Of a DNA stretch of 31,290 nucleotides, positions 12,703 to 21,750 are shown piece after piece. Positions within the stretch are counted from its first letter, which is position 1, and each line of letters starts with the position of its first letter. The notes beneath the pieces were generated by a model. That model made no database searches. It was given only the letters and a program-made list of their open reading frames with translations, and had not been told where the DNA came from. The position numbers were made by a program, and so were the translations under genes. This DNA is from Welwitschia mirabilis (lineage: Eukaryota): positions 47,071,378-47,102,667 of the forward strand of contig JBOZIK010000001.1 in assembly GCA_051453625.1 (NCBI GenBank), written 5' to 3'.

Positions 12703-12714
12703 GCTTTGATACCA
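12703..12714 (-). promoter_or_regulatory. Primer-binding site (tRNA-iMet) of the copia element
   Basis: Minus strand tggtatcaaagc (consensus tggtatcagagc), 2 nt after the LTR end ...aaca. Confidence 0.85.
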
Positions 12715-12716
12715 AA

Positions 12717-13970
12717 TGTTGAATCTAGAATCTTAGAGGAGGGGGTTGATAGGATTAAAAAAAATTGAAATACTATCTCCATAAAATATTAAACACTAGA
12801 AAATATTTTTGCATATAAAATAATCAAATGATCTATCTAAGAATGAGATTTGAAAAGAAAAATAACTAAAACTAGAAACTATTGATGGAGATCATCAAGC
12901 GTACAATTTATAGTAGNNNNNNNNNNNNNNNNNNNNNNNNNNNNNNNNNNNNNNNNNNNNNNNNNNNNNNNNNNNNNNNNNNNNNNNNNNNNNNNNNNNN
13001 NNNNNNNNNNNNNNNNAGTAGTTTGAAAATTTTCCTACTCCACTCTCAATAGTCAGCTTCTACCCAAGGCTAATTTAGATCCTTGTTAGTTACTTTCTAA
13101 TTTTCTTAAGTTTACCTATAACCTTTATACTCAAACTTTTTAAGGCTCGGTCTTAACCTTTATAGAGAAATACTTTTTAGTATCAATAGTGTGCCAAGGT
13201 GTACAAATTTTACTAGATCTAAAGTATAGCAAAGATAGTGCTACACTGTCTAAGAACGATGTCATAGATCTAAGTATGTATAGTGTGATCTATTTAACTA
13301 AAGAACTAACAGTAAAAAGAATGCATTTTTTTTATTTTGATTAGCCGAAAATCCCTTTTCATGATTTTATTTGGTTTATATAAAGGACATATTTTAGGGT
13401 TTTACAAGTGAATCTAATATTCTAATAGATGAAAATAAGGAGAAAATGGCTAGAAAATAGGATGAGAAATTTCATTTCCACCATGACCAGTCGACCTCTT
13501 GAAACATCTAAATCACCCTATTGAGTGCTGTCAGTGAAGTCGGTCGACTCCATCTTCTTTTGGTCGACTTGAGTTCTTTACATCACCTAGTCCTGTTGAC
13601 TCTATCCAGGATCCAATCAATTACATATATCTAGGTATAGTTGACTCCATTTTTGTCTCGTTGATCCCTTATAAGTATGATGCAACATGATGCAACATTT
13701 TTAGCATAGGTTTGGTTGACTCCTTAGGAGTCTGGTTAACTCCTTAGTAAACTGGATATGATCATTTTTAGTACAGTTCTGATCAATCCCTACAGGATCT
13801 GATCAACCCCTTAATTAATCTATTACTTATCAAGTACAAGCGTAGCTAGTGAGAAATGTTAGGTTACTTCTGACCTACAAGAATTATAATTTTCTACAAG
13901 AAATGCAACATATTTTGCTATACTAGAAAATATTAGTCTGATATCAACTTGGCAAAAATATAACTTAATA
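12717..13970 (-). repeat. 5' LTR of the copia element (outer boundary uncertain)
   Basis: Ends in CA next to the PBS; tatataaa TATA near 13376-13383; palindromic repeat cluster 13486-13812. The outer end is inferred as a TG>TA-mutated start near 13970. Contains a 100-N gap. Confidence 0.6.
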
Positions 13971-14465
13971 AATCTATTTTCTTCATGATCCTTGTATCTG
14001 ATTTTATTCTGTCTTTCTTTGATTCCTTTGTTTGTTATTTCAAAGTTGTTTTTGTACTTTTTTATCATTACTTAGGATATTATTATTTAGTAGTTTATTT
14101 GTTATTATTTTCATTTTTAGTCATGTTGTTTTATTAATTAAAATTTAATTTTCTTTTAGAATTTTAATTAGATGATCTTCGCTTATTCTCATATGAGTTA
14201 TTTATGATTTTTTATGAGAGTCCTTTGAGTCTTTTAAATTTCTACATATTTTTATGATTATTTTTTAGCTCAGGCTTATTTATTTTTTTTTTTAGGCTTA
14301 ATCCTACTTAGTAAATTTTTATCATCATATCTTTTGATTCCTTTGAGTATTTACCCATTATCCTCATTCATCATAATTCTTCATCATTTCCTATTTTTCT
14401 AGTTTTTTGATACATCCTGATACCTTTAGGATCTTCATGAAAATCTTAAACATAGATTAGCTTAA

Positions 14466-14843
14466 TTAAATCATCTTGATAAAAAATATATTTATGCTAT
14501 ACATCGTCAATTAATCCATAAAGCTCAAGCTAAGTTTAAGCATGATAAAAAGTTACTTTATAAAAAGTTTGGACCTGGTCAATTTGTCCTTGCATACAAC
14601 ACTAGAGTACATCTTGTGAATAATAAGTTGACCTATAAATTATTAGGTCCTTATGTTATAGAGAGAGTTCATTTTAATGACTCTGTTGAGATTTCCAACC
14701 TAGAAACTAAGGAGATTCAGAAAGTTAATAGATAACGATTGCAACTATATAAAAAATCTTTCGATGTAACTATGAAAATAGTAGAAGCACTTATTTTGGA
14801 GGTTTACCTCGATGAGGAGGACTTTCACCTTGTTATTGTTTGA
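14466..14843 (+). pseudogene. Athila-like Ty3 integrase C-terminal fragment (old host element)
   Basis: LNHLDKKYIYAIHRQLIHKAQAKFKHDK / KFGPGQFVLAYNTRVHLVNNKLTYKLLGPYVIERVHFNDSVEISNLETKEIQKVNR*RLQLY (cf. LNELDE..YKAKTK..HDK..F.PGQKVLLYNSRL..FPGKL.SRW.GPF....P.GAVEI.....FKVNGQRLK.Y). Confidence 0.85.
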
Positions 14844-15686
14844 ATTCTTTCTAGCTTAATCCTTTGGTAGATGTTATGATGTTATTTGATCATCTTTTAA
14901 ACTCAACTTATATGTTACTTTATAAAGTTTTCTATTACTATTATTCATACTTGGACATTTTATAGTGATAAAATTAGCTTCACCCCATCTTGAGACATTT
15001 CCATGTCTATGGACTTCACTTTAAAGGAAGATGCCTTAGTTCTTGTGTTTTTTAATGGTGTAAAGTCTTTTATTATTTGGAAGTATTCTTTTCTTTCTTT
15101 TATTTCATTTATTCACCTTCATCTTTTTGAGTGTAAGATCGTGTAGAAGTTTTTAAAGAAAAAAAAAAGAGGAAAAAAGAAAAATAAAAAGAAATAATAA
15201 CCATGATTTATTATATTTTGTGATTAAAACAAAAATACATGGTCATCATGATGTCCTATCACACTAGGGTAAATTTTTCTGAGAGGGACCTTTAGCAATG
15301 TTGATAGGTATGAAAACTCCACCAGGGGATTATTTGGTCATGCTTCATGGGTCCTTACTTCTCTGAATATGGTTGCACTTCCCTCATTATGGAAAATTTG
15401 TAATAAACTTTAAGGCTATGAGATCAGTGGTGTTCCTAGTGTCATTAGAGCTATTGCTTATTTCCTAGACTCTTAGTATTCCCACATTATCATTTCACTT
15501 TTAGGGATTTGGGTGTGTTTGTGAGGTATGAGAAAGTGAGTTTATTTTTGAGTAGCTTTTGATCTTATCATTTATTGTTCTAAGCACTTGAGTTTTGGTA
15601 TCATCATAATCACTGCCCTTTCGAGTGGAACTTTATGAAGTTTATACATTTTATTATGCATTTTTACTTAGGTGGCTTTATGATGT
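14844..15686 (+). mobile_element. 3' non-coding region of the old Athila-like host element (continues at 30165)
   Basis: ~14970-15680 is homologous to ~27690-28290 (e.g. taaaggaagatgc; catggtca..atgatgtcctac; tgggtccttacttctctga..atggttgcacttccctcat). Sequence after 30170 matches 28300 onward (gtttgctaggttagaattta.gataggta). Confidence 0.8.
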
Positions 15687-16803
15687 TGATGCCTTGCCAA
15701 ATTGTATGTATTCATTTGGGTGTTATGAGCTATTTTATAGGACTTTTATAAAGGTTAGATGCAATTCTGGGGATTTTAAAGAGTTGATGAATGATCACTG
15801 AAATATGCATTTCTTGGCACATTTAAAGGAATTTCAGGTACTTTCTGATGCTTACTTCTTTGAAAGAAGATCACTAATGCTAGAGCTAATTTCTCTTGAG
15901 TTGGAAAGCTAAATAAGATTGTCATTTCCACTATTGTCCCCATGAGAGATAAGATGATAGACCCGCACATGTTAAAATAAGATGTTGACTAGAATGGAGC
16001 TGGAACCAATGAAAGCCTTTTTTCTAAGGGTGTCATCCTCCATTTCATCCCCATGACATGAAGGATGACATATCATAATATATGAATCATCATCCCCTTG
16101 GTTATCTCCACGATAGGCAGGACAACACTTGTAATTGCTAGTCAACCTTTGTCTATTTCATTCATTTATTTCTTATAATTGAAGGCATTTTGCAGTGCCT
16201 TTTATGTGATGGTTTCACTTCTTAGCCCTATAAATAAGACTCCTCTTCGAATCTCCTTTCCATCTTCATTTACACTAGACAGTCTCATGACAGGAGATAA
16301 AAGAGATAAAGATCCATCTCGCAAGTTGCAGAAAGACATTTCCTTGGTAAAGAGTAGCACATTCTCCATTGAGGCTTAGCTATTTTGTAAACTAAATTAT
16401 GGTTCTACTTAACATAAAAGTCTATTTTATTTTTGCATTCAATTCTTTTATATTTCCATTATGATTTATGCTATCCTTAATCTGGTGATAGTTTCATTAA
16501 TGATGTAGGTCTTAAGGGCAATCTTTGTTAAGGCTAAAGAAAGTAGTTTTAGATTTATTTTTCATTGCATTTAGATTTAGTTGCACTTTCATTGCATTGC
16601 ATATTTATTTCCTATTCTATTTTTAAGTTTTAGTTACTATATTATATTTGAAAATTAATTCTCATTCTTCTCTCATAAGTCTTCATTGGCTTATGACATT
16701 TGGGTCGCTCCCATTCATACTAGAGTGTGTATCTTGCAATCTATATATTTTGATTAATAGGATTGAAGTAAGAAATGAAGTTGTAAAAATATGTACTACA
16801 ACA
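15687..16803 (+). repeat. 5' LTR (1117 bp)
   Basis: tgatgccttgccaaattgtatgta...tatgtactacaaca; TATA ctataaataag ~16228; homologous to 18782-19899 and 29056-30164. Confidence 0.92.
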
Positions 16804-16806
16804 TGT

Positions 16807-16824
16807 TAGCGTCGTTAGTAGGAA
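16807..16824 (+). promoter_or_regulatory. Degenerate Athila-type PBS (tRNA-Asp-like)
   Basis: tagcgtcgttagtaggaa vs consensus tggcgccgttgccgggga, immediately after the LTR; most differences are G>A or C>T. Confidence 0.65.
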
Positions 16825-17748
16825 AGGCTACTAAGGAGTATGACAATTATCGCCATTTGAGTGAGTAAATTATATTTCCATTTGGTTATTTATCCGTAAT
16901 GACATTGTATTTTTATTTAGGATTTATAGGTTCTTAGTTCATAATTTTTAGTTTTTCTTAGTCTATTATTAAAAGTTTGTCATTCTCTTTATCATCTCCA
17001 AGATACTAAGAATGATGATTTCTTAGTTTATTATCTATGTTTGTTTCTATGAATTTTTCTTTTAGTTTTTATTTTAACAGTAAAATAGCCATCGTCTTCC
17101 GTGTCGTTGCCACAACGAGGTAGATGATGCACATTTTCTGCATTCTATTTTCGGGTTACAACAAATTTTATCTTTCTTTTTTGGATTACAAAAAATTTTA
17201 GCTTTTTTTTTTTTGTCATCATCACCTGTGTCATTCCCATGACTAAAAGGATGACAATTTCTGTGTCTATGTTTTACTTTCAACTTTTTATGAATTTTTT
17301 GTTTTCTGTTTGTTCTTTCAGTTTTCATCATTCTCTCTGTCATCCCCATGACTAGAAGGATGAATGTTAGTTATTTTTTATTTTGTTTTCTATTGTTTTC
17401 TATTTACAGAATGCTATGATATGGTCAATATGGAAAGAAAAAGGCTACTGATAGAAGGAAGTATTAGAGAAGGATTGATCAGCTTTGAAATAGAACCAGC
17501 AATGCAATCTCTAGGTATGTATAATATCCCTTCTAATTTCTTTTTTTTTTAATCCACTTCCATGAAAGAAAATTTTTTAGAAGGTAATTTAAAAGATAGT
17601 AGCCATTATATTTTTGAATGTTAAGAATCTAGACAATTTTGATAAAAAATTTAAAGCATTAAAGAAAGTGGAACTTGATCTTCATTGTATTCTTATTTTT
17701 CTTATCATTGTGAATTATATTCTTTTTTCCCCATTCTCTTTAATTATG

Positions 17749-17935
17749 AATAGTGATACAAAGACCCTTAGGGAAATTCTTGCTAAAAGAAGGAGAAACT
17801 TGAAAATTTTTGAGGATAATAGTAAGAAAACACTTTGAGAAATTTTTATAGAAAGAAGGAGAAACTTAAAAGACTTTAAGAATAATAGTAATAAAACACT
17901 TCAAGAAATTTTTACAAAAAGAAAAAGAACAATGC
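17749..17935 (+). repeat. In-frame tandem repeat, 66-69-bp unit x~2.7
   Basis: NSDTKTLREILAKRRRNLKIFED / NSKKTL*EIFIERRRNLKDFKN / NSNKTLQEIFTKRKR starting at 17749, 17818 and 17884. Confidence 0.85.
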
Positions 17936-18781
17936 AAAATAATGTTGAGAGTAGGGATTGGTTCAATTCCTCTTTTTAACCATCTTATTATCCCACTTCT
18001 TTATTTCAAGCTTCATATAAAAATGATAATGGAAATTTTTCACATTTTAGGGATTCCACCTCATTTAGATAAACTTCTTACGATCCTTTCTTTCAATCCC
18101 ATCCATCTCCCATTACTTACCATGAAGAAGGACCATCTCTCATTAACTACTATAAGGAATACAATGATCCAATAAAAGAAATAATTGAAAAAAATAAATA
18201 AAAACTAAGAAAATATCAATAAAAGCCTAGAAAATACCGATAACAAACTAGAAAGTTTAATTAAGATCCTTTAACAAACACTATTACAAAATATAGGTTA
18301 TTTTGTAGTACAACAACCTCAAATCTATCCTTCTACATCCTATCTTAAGAAAAATGAGGATAATTTAGAAACAAATAATAATGATTATTGATTTCAAAAA
18401 GAAGATGTAATTTTAGATCAAACTTCAACATCTTACTCATTAGGAGATGAGTAAAGGAAAGACAACAATAACTCAACTAAATCTTTCAACAATAGGTATG
18501 AGGATGACCATTCATTAAATGATGATATTGAGGTATTAGATTATATCCTTAGCATCCATTGACTATGAGAAATCTAGATGAAGAATCCACTCATGAAAAA
18601 TCTGAAAATTCTTTAATCTGTAATAGGCATAATGATCACATTTCTTATTCATGCAATAAGATGATGAGAATGGTAAAAAAGGAGATGATGATGACATTGA
18701 AATATTAGATCATCCCTAGTTTTTACTTACTTTATAAGAATGAAGGAGTTCCACTTGTGAGAGAAGTTCAACTTATAAGAT

Positions 18782-19899
18782 TGATGCGTTGCCAAATTGT
18801 ATGTATTTTATGAGGTGTTATGAGCTATTTTGCAAGACTTTTATATAGGTTTAGATTCAAATTTAACAATTTTGGAGAGTTAATGAATGATCACTAAAAT
18901 ATGTAATTCTTAGCATATTTATAGGCATTTCAGGTATTTTTTTATGCTCACTGCTTTGGAAGAAGCTCACTAATGCTACAGCTAATTTCTCTTAAGTTGG
19001 AAAGCTAAGTAGGATTGTCATCCCTACTGTTGTCCCCACGAAAGCTAGGATGATAGCCCCGCACATGCCAAAATATGATGCTGACTGGATTGGAGCTAGA
19101 ACCAATGGAAGCCTCTTTTCTAAGGATGTCATCCCCATGATCGTCCCCATAACATGAAGGATAATAAACCATAATGTATGTACCATTTTCCCTATGATTT
19201 TTCCCAAGATGAGTAGCATGATACTTGTAAGCACTAGCCAACCTTTATCCATTTTATTCATTTCTTTCTTGTAATTGAGTGCATTTTACAATGCCTTTTA
19301 TGTAATGGTTTCACTTCTTAGCCTTATAAATAAGACCCCCTTCAACTCTTTTATCCATCTTCTTTGGCACCAAATATTCTCGTGATAGGAGATCAAAGGA
19401 CAGAAAATTCATCTCATAAGTTGCAGAAAGTCATTTCCTTGATGAAGGATTGTGCATCCTTCATTGAGGCTTGTCTATTTTGTAACCAAGATGCTAATTC
19501 TAATTTAATAAAAAACTCTATTATAATTATGCATTTAGTTTTATTATATTTTATTTATGGTTTATGTTGTTCTTGATCCAATAACATTTTCATTGATGAT
19601 ATAGGTCTTAAGGGCAGCCTTTGTTAAAGTTGAAGAAACTAGTTTTAGATTTATTTTGCATTGCATTTAGATTTAGTTGCACTCACATTGAATTACATCC
19701 TTATTTCCTATACTATTCTTAAGTTTTAGTTATCATATTTTCTTTGGAAATTAATCCTCATTCTTCTCTCTTAAGTCTTCAATAGGTTACAACATTTGAT
19801 CACTCCCATTCATACTAGAGTATGTATCTTGCAATCTATATATTTTGACCAAAAAAATTTTGAGTAAGACGTGAAGTTGCAAAAATATGCACTACAACA
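18782..19899 (+). mobile_element. Solo LTR of the same family, 5-bp TSD AAGAT
   Basis: tgatgcgttgccaaattg...gcactacaaca; aagat at 18777-18781 and 19900-19904; no adjacent PBS or PPT. Confidence 0.93.
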
Positions 19900-20241
19900 A
19901 AGATTAATAGAGAATTTAAGTATTGAGACAAAATTAATAAAGAAGAGTTAAGTTAGTAACAATAATTCAATAACCGAAAATAAGGATTACAGTTTGGAAT
20001 TAATAAGATTATTCAACAGAGAGGAAGAAGAGTCAGCTTAGGAATTATCAAAAAATCTTCCATCATATAATGAAGATAATGAAAAATTTCCTTTCTATAA
20101 TCTTATTAATGATCTTTTTGAGGAATTTTTTTTTTTTGAAAAAAGTATATATATTAAACTAGGAACTGTACATCAGGGGGAAAAACTGCCTAAGGGTAAC
20201 AGTAGAACTAAACTATTCATAACAGTGAATTAAACTACTAG

Positions 20242-21750
20242 TTAGTAAAGGAGAACTAAACAATAGCCAAAAATAGGTGATATTGGCCCTTGATAATAAA
20301 GTAACAAGAAACTGCCTATCGGGATGCAAACACTAGCATAAATGGACAAAATAAAACTTAAAACTGCTAAAAGACAAGGGCGAAAATGCCTCTTAAAACT
20401 AGAACTTACAGAGACCTTAGAGTTAGATGGGAGAAGCCAAGAAGAGAAAGGATATAGTCCTTTACAAAAAGGAAACATATTATCATGGTTGTGTTCGAGG
20501 AGGAATTTGCTTAGATCGTCTGAAAGGACTTCAAAACTTGATTTATTTCTTTAAATTCTTCAACACCTATAGGATTTTTATCTAGAGGAAGATGAAGAGA
20601 TTTCTTTTTGTAAGTTGACTTTATGGCCTAGGATAGAGCTTAGTGAGAGAGACCCATGGTAATAAATGGACACCTTTTCAACCCTTGAATCATTACCAAT
20701 AGGACTTTCTGTCTGGCTGCATTCATATTAAGATCTTCCTAAGGTTGATATAGAACTTCCACTGACGATGAGTCAGAAGTGAAGCTCTGAGGAGAGCTAG
20801 GGCCAAAAGTAGGAGAAGAAGAGGGTTGAGCATGCCCACCTTGTTCCTAAGGGGGAGAAGGATGAGCTAGAGATGGTTCTTGGACTAGGCTAAGAGGATG
20901 CTTCTTGAGAGTCTTCTGATGGGTCAGAAGTGAAGATGGTCCCTCTGGGTGACTTGGGGGTAAAGACAATTCCTCTAAATGACCTGGGGGTGAAGACACT
21001 CACCTCTTACTAGGGCTAAATTGAGCTTCTTTTTTCTTAGAAGTAGGATTCCTCATAGAGGAGGAACTTCTAATAGATGATCTCCTAGGGGATCCGGTAA
21101 GAACAGTGATGGGGAGGAGGGGAAGGGGTCTCTCTAGCCCGAGCTTCTTGTGCTGCTCTCCGTAGGGCCAATATTAATCTTGAGTGCCTTGAGGATTCCT
21201 TGTGTTTGAGAACTTGAATGAAAAAATAAGGTAGAGTCACCTAGTGACCTAAGTCAAGAGCTTTAAGAAATGCGAAATGGATACCTGATAGTTTAGAACA
21301 ATTTCCTGATTGAATGAAATATTGGTCCACAAGTTCTTCCCAAGTCCCTAAGGGCAGTAACGCCTTCCTACTAATGTATCCACTGGGTAGTTTGGGAACT
21401 CCACCAAAAAAGAAATCAAAAGCTTCTTATTAACCTCTACTTCTAAATGGGATACTCTCACCTTCTACTAGGATCTCCAACAGTCTAAAGAAAGATTCTT
21501 CAGAAATTTCTATTGGAATTCTTCTAAAAGTAGTTCACCCGCCTCTTCATTGCCTATAAAAGGGGGGCGATATCAGCCCTCATATCTCCTCTCAGCTTTT
21601 GTAAAAGGGGTCCCCAACCCACTGCCTATATTTTTTTCCACAGAGCTGGGCATTCCTCGAAGAGATATGGGTCTACAGGCTCAAAAGTTAGAGTGGCTTC
21701 CATGGCTATTTTAATTTGAAAATGAGTGCAGATAATCTTCCTTGCTGTAT
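20242..21750 (-). pseudogene. LINE B extra coding region (ORF3 or ORF2 extension): transposon-accessory domain + S/P linker + J-domain + hydrophobic tail
   Basis: MEATLTFEPVDPYLFEECPALWKKI*AVGWGPLLQKLRGD...IPIEISEESFFRLLEILVEGE...GYISRKALLP...QYFIQSGNCSKLSGIHFAFLKALDLGH*VTLPYFFIQVLKHKESSRHSRLILAL; S/P linker; J-domain; PCLLAVLSFILSIY. Confidence 0.82.
20494..20672 (-). pseudogene. DnaJ/Hsp40 J-domain coding segment in LINE copy B
   Basis: CPFITMGLSH*ALS*AIKSTYKKKSLHLPLDKNPIGVEEFKEINQ/FEVLSDDLSKF; PLD at 20580-20588 occupies the HPD position. Confidence 0.85.

Larger units (their letters stand above)
9956..13970 (-). mobile_element. Ty1/copia LTR retrotransposon, SIRE/Sirevirus-like, 5' half (LTR-PBS-gag-PR-IN)
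   Basis: gag-protease-integrase order, tRNA-iMet PBS, C-rich motif near the LTR 3' end (tatcaaccccctcctct) and repeated GTCGAC-like motifs upstream of the TATA box. RT/RNase H and 3' LTR are not seen (N gap at 9856-9955). Confidence 0.88.

Noticed and set aside
15687-19899. First and second LTR as a small 4.2 kb element
   Set aside because: Their outer flanks (gatgt vs aagat) do not match. The second LTR has its own TSD and no PPT, while the first and third share a TSD and diagnostic bases.
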